64,000 nt of DNA from the human T2T-CHM13v2.0 reference genome, Homo sapiens. Within the stretch, counting starts at the first letter, position 1; the number at the start of each line of letters is the position of its first letter. Where the stretch lies: the NCBI RefSeq assembly GCF_009914755.1, contig NC_060931.1. One strand, written 5' to 3'. Positions 41,981 through 56,764 of this stretch are shown in pieces. The notes beneath the pieces are model-generated. The model had not been told where the DNA came from. It ran no database searches and worked only from the letters and a program-made list of their open reading frames with translations. The position numbers and the translations under genes were made by a program.

Positions 41981-42899
41981 ATGTACGCATTAAAGAATTA
42001 CCATACGGCATTTTTAAAGGGGTAGAGAAAATAACAAGGAATTTTTTATGACTTGTGAATATACTAGTTGTTATTAGTTATGGTAGGCTAACTACTGTAT
42101 CAAGTAATTCTGGCATCAGTGGTTTATCACAGTAAAAGTTTACTTCTCACTTGTGTCCTCGTCCTAAGCTGATTGCTCTTTTGCATCATAGTCTCTTAGG
42201 GGTGCAAGATTTTACCATTTCTTAAGACCATGAAGTCCTGGCCTACCTCCTCTGCTTGAGAGCATGAAGGATCTTGTGGGAGGATTTTTAGGTTCCATTT
42301 CCAGACTAGCACACACCATTTCTGCCCACATTCCACTAGAAAAAACTCAGTCAAACACCTCCAGCAAACTACCTAAAAAGCTAGGAAGGTAATCACATAA
42401 TGGAGCCAAGAACTCTGCTCCATATACAGCTAATCTTAGGACCAACTGCTAGAATTGTAGTGGCTAGCCACCGACAAGCTCAACAATGTGCACAGCTGAA
42501 GAAACAACAAGACCACAGGTCCATGCCAGAATGAAGTGTCAGATGGGCACAATGTGATCCAAGTACTAGTTAGGACATGAAAAACGATTAGGAGTAAATC
42601 AGTGGCAGAGAGAAGGAACAGATAAAGTATCTGAAATAATAAAAGCCCGAATTTTTCCTAAGCAGAAGATTCTCAAATTGAAAGGACCCAGAGTATCAGA
42701 AAATATTAAAAACAAACAAACAATAAAAACCACTTTTTCCAAGTCTTTCCTAGGAGGAGGTTTATAAGGGAAGATTATGGGCAATAGATGTCCATTAGTG
42801 TGGATAAAGCCTCAACCACATTTTTATCCAGTTTTTCCATTCTTCTTTTTCCAGTTTTCCTTCCCATTACTGAACATGAACAGCAGTTTTTGTTTGAAA

Positions 42900-43322
42900 C
42901 CCAGGAAGGAGGAATGAGATCAAGAAAAGTATTATAGAACCAGTAAGATTGACTGACTATGTGTGTCTGTATGTATGTATTTCAAGGACTTGGCTTACAT
43001 GATTGTATAAGCAGGTCCATAAAAGAGACAATGAGGAAAGGACAACCATAAATGACTTGAACTCAACAGGCACAGATTGAACTGCTGTTTATGGCTGGAG
43101 TTTCTGCTCCTGAGAAAATCTTGGCCCAGCTTTTAAGACCTTTTAACAGATTCAGTCAGGCCCATCAAGATTATCCAGTATTATGTTTCTTCCTTAAAAT
43201 CAACTGATTTGGGGCTTTAGTTACATTTTTCATATACCTTCATGTAATACCTAAATTAGTGTTTAATTAAATAACTGGGGACTGTAGCCTAGTCCAGTTG
43301 ATCCAGCAATGAAACCATCACA
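42900..43322 (-). mobile_element. MLT2 / ERVL LTR relic
   Basis: Right end ctgtagcctagtccagttga...aaccatcaca is the reverse complement of an MLT2-type 5' end. Confidence 0.6.
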
Positions 43323-43547
43323 ATCTATAAATTGTCAATTTGGTACCCATTTATACCTCCTTAAGCCATATTTAATCTCTAAATATATATCATATTAAAA
43401 TTAAACTTCCACATAACATGATAGACAACTTCTCCTATTCTATAACTTAATTCCTGAGATATAAATTTAATTATTAACACATCTTCTGTTATATGATAAG
43501 AAAACAACATAGAAAAGAAAAAAATACGTGATACACACATCCACACA

Positions 43548-46500
43548 CAGTCTATCCTCATTATTTGTGGAGGGCAAATTTGCGAATTAGTCTTTTTGCT
43601 AATATTTATTTGCTACCCTCAGATCAAGACTTGCATTGCTTCTTGAGTCATTTTGAATATAAGCAGAGTGAAACACAATTTGCAGCCAAATTGACTGCAA
43701 AAGGTGCACCCAATAGATGAGCAGGCTTCCAACTAAAGTGGAAAAAGGCAATGCTCTTCCTTCTCATTTCAGCCTTCATCCATAAACAAGTGTCATTTTT
43801 TACACAGTCTATTTAGTACATGTTTGTTCTTTTTGGGGGGTGATTTTGCTGTTTAAGATGACCCTAAGTGGGCCAATATTCAACATTCTTAAAGAAAAGA
43901 ATTTTCAACCCAGAATTTCATATCTAGCCAAACTAAGCTTCATAAGCAAAGGAGAAATAAAATCCTTTACAGACAAGCAAATGCTGAGAGATTTTGTCAC
44001 TGCCAGGCCTGCCCTACAAGGGTTCCTGAAGGAAGCACTAAATATGGAAAGGAAAACCCAGTACCAACCGCTGCAAAAACATACCAAATAGTAAAGACTA
44101 TCAGTACTACGAAGAAACTGCATCAACTAATGGGCAAAATAACCAGCTAACATCATAATGACAGCATCAAATTCACACATAACAATATTAACCTTAAATG
44201 TAAATGGGCTAAATGCCCCAATAAAAAGTCAAAGACTGGCAAATTGGATAAAGAGTAAAGACTCATTGATGTGCTGTATTCAGGAGACCCATCTCACATG
44301 CAAAGACACACATAGGCTCAAAATAAAGTGATGGAGGAATATTTACCAAGCAAATGGAAAGCAAAAAAAAAAAAAAAAAAAAAAAACACACGGCTTGCAA
44401 TCGTAGTCTCTGATAAAACAGGCTTTAAACCAACAAAGATCAAAAAAGACAGAAGGGCATTACATAATGGTAAAGGGATCAATGGAACAAGAAGAGCTAA
44501 ATATCCTAAATATATATGCAACCAATACAGGAGAACTCAGATTCATAGAGTAAATTCTTAGAGACCTACAAAGAGACTTAGACTCCCATACAATAATCGT
44601 GGGAGACTTTAACACCCCACTGTCAATATTAGACAGATCAACAAGACAGAAAATTAACAAGGATATTCAGGACTTGAACTCAGCTCTCGACCAAGCAGAA
44701 CTAATAGACATCCACAGAAATCTCCACCCCAAATCAACAGAAGATACATTCTTCTCAGCACCACATTGCACTTATTCTAAACTTAATTGGAAGTAAAACA
44801 CTCCTTAGCAAATGCAAAAGAACGGAACTCATAACAAATTGTCTCTCAGACCACAGTGCAATCAAATTAGAACTCAGGATTAAGAAACTCACTCAAAACC
44901 ACACAACTACATGGAAACTGAACAACCTGCTCCTGAATGACTTCTGGGTAAATAACAAACTTAAGGCAGAAATAAATAAGTTCTTCGAAACCAATGAGAA
45001 CAAAGACATAATGTACCAGAATCTCCGGGACACAGCTAAAGCAGTGTTTAGAGGGAAATTTATAGCACTAAATGCCCACAGGAGAAAGCAATAAAGATCT
45101 AAAATCGACACCATAACATCACAATTGAAAGAACCAGAGAAGCAAGAGCAAACAAATTCAAAAACTGGCAGAAGACAAGAAATAACTAAGATCAGAGCAG
45201 AACTGAAAGAGATAGAGACATGAAAAACCCTTCAAAAAATCAATGAATGCAGGAGCTGTTTTTTTGAAAAGATTAACAAAATAGATAGATCACTAGCCAG
45301 AATAATGAAGAAGAAAACAGAGAAAAATCAAATAGCCACAATAAAAAGTGATAAAGGGGATATCACCACTGATTCCATGGAAACACAAACTACCATCAGA
45401 GAATATTATAAACACCTCTACTCAAATAAACTAGAAAATCTAGAAGAAATGGATAAATTCCTGGACACATACACCCTCCCAAGACTAAACCAGGAAGAAG
45501 CTGAGTCCCTGAATAGACCAATAACAAGTTCTGACATTGAGGCACTAATTTATAGCCTACCAACTAAAAAAAGCCCAGGACTAGACAAATTCACAGCTGA
45601 ATTCTACTAGAGATTCAAAGAGGAGTTGGTACCATTCCTTCTGAAAGTATTCCAAACAATAGAAAAATAGGGACTCCTCCCTAACTCATTTTATGAGGTC
45701 AGCATCATCCTGATTCCAAAACCTAGCAGAGACACAACAGAAAAAGAAAATTTCGGGCCAATATCCCTGATGAACATCGATGTGAAAATCCTCAATGAAA
45801 TTCCTGCAAACCAAATCCAGCAGCACATCAAAAAGCTTATCCACCACAATCAAGTCAGCCTCATCCCTGGGATACAAGGCTGGTTCAACATATGCAAATC
45901 AGTAAACATAACCCATCACATAAACAGAACCAATGACAAAAACCACATGATTATCTCAATAGATGCAGAAAAGGCCTTTGATAAAATAAACACCCCTTCA
46001 TGCTAAAAATTCTCAATAAACTAGGTAGTGATGGAACGTATCTCAAAATAACAAGACCTATTCATGCCAAACCCACAGCCAATATCATACTGAATGGCCA
46101 AATGCTGGAAGCATTCCCTTTGAAAACTGGCACAAGACAAGGATGCGGTCTCTCACCCTTCCTATTCAAAATAATATTGGAAGTTCTGGCCAGGGCAATC
46201 AGGCAAGAGAAAGAAATAAAGGGTACTCAAGTAGGAAGAGAGGGAGACAAATTGTCTCTGTTTGCAGATGACATGATTGTATATTTAGAAAACCCCATCA
46301 TCTCAGCCCAAAATCTCCTTAAGCTGATAAGCAACTTCAGCAAAGTCTCAGGATACAAAAAAAACGTGCAAAAATCACAAGTGTTCCTATACACCAATAA
46401 TAGACAAAAAGAGAGCCAAATCATGAGTGAACTCCCATTCACAATTGCTACAAAGAGAATAAAATACCTAGGAATACAACTTACAAGGGATGTGAAGGAC

Positions 46501-48310
46501 CCCTTCAAGAAGAACTACAAACCACTACTCAAGTAAATAAGATAGGACATAAACAAATGGAAAAATATTCCATACTCATGGATAGGAAGAATCAATATCA
46601 CGAAAGTGGCCATACTGCCCAAAGTAATTTATAGATTCAATGCTATCCCCATTAAACTACCATTGACTTTCTTTACATAATTGGAAAAAACTAATTTAAA
46701 TTTCATATAGAACCAAAAAAGAGCCCATATAGCCAAGACAATGCTTAGCAAAAAGAACAAAGCTGGAGGCATCATGCTACCTGACTTCAAACTGTACTAC
46801 AAAGCTACAATAACCAAAACAGCATGGTACTGGTACCTAAACAGATATATAGACCAATGGAACAGAACAGAGGCCTCAGAAATAATGCCACACATCTACA
46901 ACCATCTGATCTTTGACAAACCTGACAAAAGCAAGCAATGGAGAAAGGATTATCTATTTAATATATGGTGTTGGGAAAAGTGGCTAGCCATATGCAGAAA
47001 ACTGAAACTGGACCCCTTCCTTACACCTTATACAAAAATTAACTCAAGATGGATTAAAGACTTAAACGTTAGACCTAAAACCATAAAAACCATAGAAGAA
47101 AACCTAGGCAATACCATTCAGGACACAGGCATGGGCAAAGACTTCATGACTAAAACACTCAAAGCAATGGCAACAAAAGCCAAAACTGACAAATGGGATC
47201 CAATTAAATTAAAGAGCTTCTGCACAGCAAAATAAACTATCATCAGAGTGAACAGGCAACCTGCAGAATGGGAGAAAACTTTTGCAATCTATCTATCTGA
47301 CAAAGGGCTAATATCCAGAATCTATAACGAACTTAAACAAATTTGCAAGAAAAAAAAAACATCAAAAAGGGGACAAAGGATATGAACAGACACTTCTCAA
47401 AAGAAGACATTTATGCGGCCAACAAACATATGAAAAAAATCCCATCATCACTGGTCATTAGAGAAATGCAAGTCAAAACCACAAGAGATACCATCTCACA
47501 CCAGTTAGAATGGCGATCATTAAAAAAATCAGGAAACAACAGATGCTGGAGAGGATGCGGAGAAACAGGAATGCTTTTACACTGTTGGTGGGAGTGTAAA
47601 TTAGTTCAACCATCGTGGAAGACAGTGTGGTGATTCCTCAAGGATCTAGAACCAGAGAAATACCATTTGACCCAGCAATCCCATTACTGGGTGTATACCC
47701 AAAGGATTATAAATCATTTTACTATAAAAATACATGCACACGTATGTTTACTGAAGCACTATTCACAATAGGAAAGACTTGGAACAAACCCTAATGCCCA
47801 TCAATGATAGACTGGATAAAGAAAATGTGGCACATATACACCATGGAATACTATGCAGCCATAAAAAAGAATGAGTTCATGTCCTTTGCAGGGACATGGA
47901 TGAGGCTGGAAACCATCATTCTCAGCAAACTAACACAGGAACAGAAAACCAAACAGCACATGTTCTCACTCATAAGTGGGAGCTGAAAAATGAGAACACA
48001 TGGACACAGGGAGGGGAACACCACACACTGGGGCCTGTTGGGGGTGGGGGGCTAGGGGAGGGATAGCATTAGTAGAAATACCTAATGTAGATGACAGGTT
48101 GATGAGTGCAGCAAACCACCATGACACATATACACCTATGTAACAAACCTGCACGTTCTGCACATGTATCCTAGAACTTAAAGTATAATTTAAAAAATGC
48201 CCCCTAGGCATGATGCTCAAGTGCTCTCTAGTGTTCCTAAGTACGAGACTGTGCTATGCCTTAAGAGAAAATACACATGCTTGAAAGGCTTCATTTTAGT
48301 ATGAGTTATA
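43548..48310 (+). mobile_element. Tigger-family DNA transposon relic split by an L1 (pieces 43548-43868 and about 48194-48310)
   Basis: gtgattttgctgtttaagatgaccctaag on the left continues as catgatgctcaagtgctctctagtgttcctaag...gagaaaatacac on the right. Confidence 0.65.
43869..48193 (+). mobile_element. 5'-truncated L1PA (about L1PA7), ~4.3 kb, ORF1 end plus disrupted ORF2
   Basis: ORF1 C-terminus (IFNILKEKNFQPRISY), EN fragment (GDFNTPLS), RT fragment ([13 protein letters not shown]), many stops and frameshifts. Degenerate TSD AAGATGACCCTAAG / AAAATGCCCCCTAGG. Confidence 0.96.
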
Positions 48311-50422
48311 TGGGGAAAAGTAGTCCTGGTAATGTTCACTTCTCTAGTTTCAGCCTTATCAGAAGTCAGCTGTGCCTATACTTACCACCCCCATCCTTGC
48401 TTTTTGCTTTGTACTTTGTTTCTATTGCTTGCACATGTTATTTCACCTGTATCATAAGTGAAATCACAGCAAGTAGCAATAATAACTGAGAAAAAAATAC
48501 TAGCAACGTATGTGACAAAGAGTTGTATTCTTTAAAACTGAAAAATCAGTAAGTGAAAAGCCCTTTCATTTTTAAAAACAATCTTTTCAGGTATAAAATC
48601 TCATCTGAGTTTAAATCAAAATTTCAATCTTTGAATTCAAAACTTAACCCTAGTGTCAGCTTAGGCCTTGGTGATGTTCACTTCTATATTTATCATGTAA
48701 GCAGTCTATGTTTGTTTTGCATAGAGATATTTAATAAGTCATTTAAAGGTTAGGTTCCACAATCAGTTTTCTTTTACTCAATGCAATATAACAATACAAC
48801 ATTCCTATTATGATATCTATTTTTAATATGAAGACAGTTTAATGTTTTATTCTCCATAGTAGCAAATGATTTTTATGGAATAAGAGTCTTACATATATTG
48901 GCTAGATGATTGACGATTATGGAAATCAAGTTGATATTGCTTTGTTAATCTTTACATGAAGTATGCTCATTTAAACAAATATATCATTTGTGAATTATAT
49001 ACAAACAATGTAATGTAGGTGAATTGTACTGACACTTTAAAGGTAAATATAGTGTTTGGATTTATGTGATCTCAAAGAACAAAGCAGCTATATGACTAAC
49101 AAATCAGCTGCCCTTCGTGTGATGGCTTCTTTATGTGTTAGTCATCTATTTGGGACTCTCTTATGATTCTAATAGCACATTTTCTCATGAAGATAATGTC
49201 ATGACTTCCTTGGATGGAAACTTCTAGTTGTCTCACAACATCTATTCTCCTTTTCTTTCTTAGAACCCTGTGTTTTAGGTGGGCCTATTGCCAATCAAAG
49301 ATTACCTTTAGTAGCTCATCTTGTGGCTAGATATGGCATATGATTAAATCTAGGTCAATAATATGCAGGCGGAAGCATAATATGAGACTCATGAGTAGTG
49401 ATGAAAGAAAAAGGGCCTGCTCTTATGTCAATCATCTTCTCTGTTGCCTCGAACCCAGACTTAATGATGGGATCTCTAACAGGTTTTTCAGACTATGAAG
49501 TAATTATAAACTTGGAAACAACACTGAAAGTGATGAAGCACATGATAGAATTCCCAGTCTTTGTGACACAGTGAAGCCTCTCTACTGGTTTTAGATTTCT
49601 TAGCTTCAGACATTTTTTAAGAAAGAGAAACTTCTATCACATTTAAGCAAATATTATGTTTGACATTTCTGTTATATGCAGCTGAATCTGACAGAATCCT
49701 AAATTTTCTTTCAAAGAAGATTAATAATTTTTAAAATACACATGTGCTCAATATATATCTGATACTGGCAGCATGTTAAAGAGGAGGAAGTGATCAGCTT
49801 ATTCTAATGTAGTTGATGGTATCAAGTATAATGAATACTGAGAACCAACCACTGGATCTAGTAATGTGAAGATCATTGCTTGCTTTGAAAAGAACAGTTT
49901 TTAATAACTATTGACGAAAAAAGGAGACATGAAAGGAGCCAAAACACATTTGAAGTAGGTTTAACAGAGAATGGGAAGAAAGGATTTGCAGAAGAGGATC
50001 TACACAAGTCATTTAAATAATTTTGTTGCAAAAGTGATAAATAAAAGGAGAAAGCAACAGAGGAAATGGGATTAGAAGGTATTTTAAAAGAAAAAATAAA
50101 AGCATTGTTGCATGACCGTAGGTATGATCAAGGAAGAGAAGGAAATATTGCTAACGCAGAGCCTAGACCAACTGGGAGGGATGTGATATAGAGCCCAGAG
50201 GAGCAATCACTTCAAATGGGAACATGGATGGCTCATTTATAGGCCCAAGTGGGAAGGCAAAAGTTGTGAGTGGGAATGGTGGTAAGTGAGTACAAGTCGT
50301 GGTGGAAGACTATGCCACTTATGTATTGCTACAGTTTTTAAGAAATATAGGAAGCAAGGCCATTGGCTAAGAGTGATGATAGAGGAGATTTGGAGGTGTG
50401 AGAAGAGAGTCTTTTAAGGGGA

Positions 50423-50588
50423 TGCTTCCCAAACTTAAATACACTATGCAGAAGAATCTCCTAGTATCTTGATAAAACTCAGGTTCGTATTCAGTAGGTC
50501 TAGGATGGGGTCTGAGATCTGTATTTCTCAGAATATCTAGGTAATATCAATAGTGTTGGCCCATGGGCTACACATGGAGTAGCAAAGT
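50423..50588. mobile_element. MER5A-like hAT MITE
   Basis: attcagtaggtctaggatggggtctgagatctgtatttct core. Confidence 0.6.
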
Positions 50589-50854
50589 TCTATGAGAAAT
50601 GAGAAAGTTGAGTGAATCAGGAAAGTACTGAGTGCGTAACAGCATTAAACATCTACTGGAGTTCATTGCTGTTAACTGAAAGTGAAACTAATCAGAATAT
50701 TTGTGTGTTTTGTTCCAACTACTTTGGGCTTAAATGAGGCCAAATGTGGCTGGAAGTGAAAGTGAAAATGATGAAGGAAGAGAGATATGAGTCAAGGGTG
50801 TGTGCACTGGAGAGGTTATAATTGGTAAATTTAAGCTGGGTTAGGAGGGAGAAG

Positions 50855-51290
50855 TGTTACAGAGTGAATATATCCTGCCGCAACTCATTTGTTGAAGCTC
50901 TAACCCCCAGTGCAATGGAATTTAGAGGTAAGGCCTAAGGGAGATAATTAGAGCTAGATGGGGTCATGTAAGTGGGTCCCTCATGATGAGATTAGTGGCC
51001 TTATAAATAGAGTATGAGAGAGACCTCTCCTCTCTTTACCCAAAAAAAAAAAAAACAAAAAAAAAAAACAAAAATATCAGTGCACCCAGAAAAGATCTTT
51101 GCACTGAGGAAAGATCACATGAGGACACAGCAAGAAGGCAGCTGCCTGCAATCCAAGAGACAGCTGTCACCAAAACCTGAATTGGCTGGCACTCTTGATC
51201 TTGGACTTCCCAGCCACTGGGACCATGAGAAAATACATTTCTGTTATTTAAGCCACCACACTTCGTTATGGCAGCTTGAGCAGACTAGTA
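50855..51290 (+). mobile_element. MaLR solo LTR (MLT1A-like) with an internal A-tract
   Basis: tgttgaagctctaacccccagtg...gagattagtggccttataa...gtgaggacacagcaagaaggcagc...cagactagta. Confidence 0.75.
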
Positions 51291-54200
51291 ACGAAGGAGA
51301 CGGAACAACAAGAAGGTAAGGGTCAGTAAAAACAGATTCGTGAAAAAGGTGATGTTGAAATTTTTGTGATGAGGAGACTAGATAATGAGATTATAGTTGG
51401 GGAGGATACCAGGTACTGACAATGTCAAGGTCTAGGATGTGACCATGAGACTGAGTGGTTGAATTAGGGTGGAAGACAAGCTTTGGGGAAGAGGGGAGTT
51501 CAAGAAACAGAGGCGCCCACATTTAAAAGGACTATTCATGTTCTCATCAAAACCTGAAATAAAGAAGAGAATGACAGTGAGTCAGGGGCTAAAAGTTATA
51601 GTGACTGATGTAACTGATGATACTTTCAAAGATGCAAGTTTCAAAGAGAAGAGGTAATAATGTGCTAGAAATGACAACAGTAGATACCTTTTGCTGAATG
51701 CCTTCTAATACAAGTTAAGCACTCTGTAGACATTGTGTCTGTTCATTCACAAATAACATCACCATTCACACCATTCATCACCATTCATAAATAAAGAATC
51801 TGAAGTTCAGAGAGGTTAATTAACTTTCCTAAGGTCACACAACTAGTAAGTGGATGTACTATGGTTTCAGAACCAATCAGTTTGAATCTAAAGGCCCCAT
51901 GATGGATAAGCTGCTTATTTTAAAGTTTTTTTTCCTTAATAGTTTTTACATATCCAGAAGCAAAAGCAAGAAAACATTTTTCAACAGTTTCATCTCCTCA
52001 AAAATAAACAGAAACTAGAGCTAGAGCTAAAAGCCTATTTCTTTCTTCTTGTTATTCAAACCACACTCACTTCACACTACCTCATACACTTCAGTCTGTG
52101 ATATGATACATAGTAGGTCTTCCAGACTTTAAAGTTTAATGTTCCACCTTTGTGATTTTTGTCATTTCTACTTACTTCCTAAACCCAAATTCTACCTGAT
52201 TTAGCTTTCTCCTAGGGAATGATATCTATCATACCACAGTTTAGTGGGGAAATAATATTATTTTAAAATGCAGTGAAATATATAACTATTAAAGTATACT
52301 TGTGTACAGAGAAAAATCAAGTTCTATCTCACTGGTAGCAAGCATATCAAATTTGGGGAAATTCAGGGATGGAGGCTATGGCATCGGGCTAGAAGTCAAA
52401 AGGCTAGAGTTCCGGACTAGCTCTTCCACTTATGGAGCTGTGCACTTGCAAAATATGCAGACTTTCAAAGCCTCTGGTCTCTGGAATGGATTTAGCACAA
52501 TCTTGGCACATTGTATATTTTTCAATAAATATTAGCAAATATATCAATAATTTTCATGTCACCCACTGGTTACTTATAATCCCTCAAATATTTTGCCTCT
52601 TCTTTGTATCTCTGGAAGGAGATGAAATAGCCTTTCAACTACAGGTTTTCTAAAAGCTGGGTGTGCACTGTTTCTGCTATGCTACAAGAAGGTGAAACCA
52701 TATAACTCAAAAGAAAGAGACAATCCTAAGAAAAATGAGTTAATTTCATAAACCTGAGTTGTAATTCTCAGATGCAGAATATTAAAAAGCCAACACTTTC
52801 TGTAAGAGCTTTCAGGACTCCAGGGGAAGCTTGATCTGTCTAATAAACTATAATGATAATAACCAAGTATACCTCACAGGGGTACTAAGCTTTAATGACT
52901 CAATACTCGTGGAACCTTTTGAGCACCTCCAATGTTATGTAAGCATAAATGAATAAGTAGGGACATTATATACCATTGTTATTTCTGCATTAAATTTATC
53001 TTGATAATTTCTTACAATATCTTATAAGGCAGGCACTGTATGAGACTAATACATGAACAAAGATATGAAAGAAATGTAATATATAGTAGTGCTTTCCAAT
53101 GAAATAATTATACTCTTATATTAGTGAAAGAGAATGGGGTCATTAATTGTACCTCTAAAAAGTCATTCCTCGATTGTAAAGAAGGCAAATGAGAATCTGG
53201 AATAGACACTTAAGATATAAATGTCTATAAAGAGTTTGAAAAAACACTTGCTATTTTTTTTTCCTATGGAAGAGACATCTAAGTTTTTAGATGCATTTTT
53301 TACACTGAAGAAATTTTAATGATTCTTTCACTGTTTAAGTTATAACTTCATAAAAATTTCATACATTTTTATATATCTTTCATCTTGCCTTTCTATCCTC
53401 TCCTCCATAGCATCTCTGTGCTATGATAGTACTTTAATGTCCTAGTTTAACAATAAATCCTCGCAACCCTATATATGTTTGTCATATTTTCCAAAACACA
53501 CAACTGTAATTGTTATACTGTCCTGAATTTCAACTGAGGTAGCTAAGCATAGGATACAATGACACAAGCAATCTCTTCAACAAACTTTGGTGTAATACCT
53601 GGATCTCCATCAATGAAAGAGTCATTTTTGTCAGAAAATATCAACCTTTAAAATGGAAAATCCCCTGAAAGAATTCTACTGAGGAGACTGCTCTTCTCAC
53701 CCTTGCCTTTTTTCTTCTACCTAGCTGACATCATTTTCCTCAAGACAAAGGGAGTTTGTAAGGGTGAGAGGAGAGAAAAAATAATCAGTCATCTCTTCAT
53801 GAGGAGAGTAATTCTGGGTGTGACAATTCTGTACCAAGGTTTGAGCAGATTTCACTTCCTGAGACAGGACAGGGGATGTTGGGAGGTGGGAAGACATCAA
53901 TACTAAATCCACATGCTTCCCATTCTTCCTAGGAGCAGACAAGATTGGCAATAAGCAGCAGAGTCACATGCCTCCAGTACCAAGATCATATTTTCCATTT
54001 ACTGAATATTATTCTCAGTATTCTGGGTCAAGGTCCAGAACTTTCATGCACAGTTAATTGTATTTTACGTGTCAAACACCCTAAATTTTGTCCCTCCGGT
54101 AGCATTGTTATCAATAGAACTCAGACCTGGACCAGAAGGGGCTGTGCCTCAGCAGCTGCTAAAGCTGCCTTTCACCACATACTCCCCACAGGGCCAAGGA

Positions 54201-54392
54201 CATGTGGCCACTCAGAGCCTGTGCTCCACCTTGTAGACCATGACATGGGTACCTGGGACACTGGATGGCTGTTCCAAAAGCCCCAAGCCCACTTCCCAGC
54301 TCTGTGGGGCTCTTTCCTGAAGTATCTCTTTCTGCTGAGTTGCCGGCAGGGTGTGTCCAGGGTGAACCACAATGGTGTCAAGAAACAGCCGT

Positions 54393-54853
54393 GTGTTCTC
54401 ATTGTTCAATTCCCACCTATGAGTGAGAACATGCAGTGTTTGGTTTTTTGTCCTTGTGAGTTTGCTGAGAATGATGGTTTCCAGCTTCATCCATGTCCCC
54501 ACAAAGGACATGAACTCATCATTTTTTATGGCTGCATAGTATTCCATGGTGTATATGTGCCACATTTTCTTAATCCAGTCTATCATTGTTGGACATTTGG
54601 CTTGGTTCCAAGTCTTTGCTATTGTGAATAGTGCTGCAATAAACATACATGTGCTTGTGTCTTTATAGCAGCATGATTTATAATCCTTTGGGTGGGGTGG
54701 GGGGAGGGGGGAGGGATAGCATTAGGAGATATACGTAATGTTAAATGATGAGTTAATGGGTGCAGCACACCAACATGGCATATGTATACATATGTAACTA
54801 ACCTGAACGTTGTGCACATGTACCCTAAAGCTTAAAGTATAATTAAAAAAAAA
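54393..54853. mobile_element. Short L1PA (about L1PA4) insertion with a 5' inversion
   Basis: Antisense L1 segment 54393-54691 joined to a sense 3' end and poly-A (about 54690-54853). 13-bp TSD AAGAAACAGCCGT / AAGAAACAACCGT. Confidence 0.92.
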
Positions 54854-56764
54854 AAGAAACAACCGTTAGCAGAGATGTCCATTGTTCTTTGTTGTGAGGG
54901 TGTCCTGAGGGCACTGGAAGCCCCTCAAATGCAGGATGCTGCTGGAATGGTCAGAAGCAGCAGAAGAAAAGTGGATGGTGGAGTGGAGACAGCTAGAGGC
55001 AGGGGACCAGCTTCCACCATCACATTCAGTTGCAGACCAAAGGGTCTGAAAATTCTAAATGAGAATCTTGCCTTCCAGCCTAGCCTCGGCCTCCTTCTAA
55101 GATGTTTAAAGAAAAGCCTGGGACATAGGGCCTGAGGTCACTAAGTGGACAGAGGATTCCAGGCATGGACTGGGTGAGGTAAAGACAAACCTCAAAGCCA
55201 CCAAGAAATTTCTCCCCTTCCCTGACTGAGCTACCTTGCCCCCACACTGTTTATGGCAGAAACAAAATTCAGAAATTATGCTATTCATGTTACTGTTCCT
55301 TTACACATATTTTAAAAGCTTTTTTCTTATAAAGCTGTATTCATTTGTATAAATGTACAAACTTTTTACAGTTTATCTTTCTTATTCCTTTTTTATATTT
55401 AGACAGGCTGGATCTGATTATGTAAGAAGCACTCATGGCTTTCCTGGGTATAAGATTTGGTATAAGGGTGAGAGAAAATTACTGATTATAATGAGTATAT
55501 TTTTATTTTCATGCTACCATGCAAAAGGGGAATGAGAGATGGAGGAATATTATGCAGACTATGAAGTTTTCTTGAAATCGTACTTTAAGAAACATATATT
55601 AAAGTGCTTCTTTTTCCATTGTGAGCAAAGCACTGATCTATATATAAAATGGAAAAATGATTAAATTTGTAATCAGAAGTATGAATAGATAAGTGGCTAT
55701 TATGTAGAAACCTATATTAAAGTATATTAAAAAATTATTGTAGAACTTTATCTTAGGCAATAGAATGGAAGAATTTTAGAAATAACCATTCATTTTATAT
55801 GTGTAAGAAAGTTGAGACCCAGAGCCTCAGCCGAGGCCCCATAATTAATTAGCATGGCACTAGATTTCTAATTTAAGGAGTTTTTGCTGTAGTCTGTCAC
55901 AAATAATGGATCCATCATTAAGACAAAATACCCAAAAAGCTACTTAATAATACCTATGGCTCTCCAACTATTTCTGTTGAACTAATGTAAACATTCCCCA
56001 GTCCCACGTCTCTACATTCCTGGTTTGTTATATAAGAATTGCTAATTATTGCTTGCTATTTGATTATTGCTTAATGGCTTACCTGGAATTGACTGACTAA
56101 GCCAATATTCTGCAAACCTAGGGAAAACTATGTATAAATGGTTAACTGAATAGTTTTGGTCCTTAGCTCTTAATTTAAGGACTCCTTGGCTAAACAATGA
56201 AAGGACCACTGAATAACACATTTCATTTGAGGGAAATATTCATCAGAAGTCTTCATTCAACCCTAAAATTATGGGTGTTTTAGATCTGTGATCAGGATCA
56301 CCAATCAAAACACCACTTCTCAGTGTTTGACTAGAACATTAGAGTATAAATGGTCTTGTATATACACGGCAGAAGTCTGATTTAGTTTTTAAAAATGTGA
56401 ACAATGAAAAAATGGTTATAAAAATTACATTAACAATTTTAAAGAAATGCAAATTATATTTTGATACGTTTCTATTTTGTCTGTGCGACACAACTAAAAG
56501 TGGATTATGTTAGAGAAAATCAAACCTACATTGATTTTATTTGCATGAGAAAGGTATCTTTTCAAAAATTCAAATGTAACTTACATAAAGTGTTTAAATC
56601 TTAAATATATATCTCGATTATTTTTTACATGTTGACTTACTCATGTAACCACTTCCCAAATCAAGGTACAAGACATTCCAGACCCCTTCCTTGAAGATTC
56701 CCTTGTGCTCTTATCCAGACAATACTCTCCACCCCACCACACAATTCTGACTTTGGTCACCACA

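Noticed and set aside
43840-47986. L1 ORF1/ORF2 fragments as an active element or a new reverse-transcriptase system
   Set aside because: The element is 5'-truncated, has no promoter, and carries many stops and frameshifts.
53945-55135. 228-aa and 144-aa ORFs or a processed pseudogene around the inverted L1
   Set aside because: The ORFs are chimeras of L1 and flanking sequence. Removing the L1 in silico leaves only a short frame with no recognisable protein, and the flank looks like an old LTR that I could not assign.
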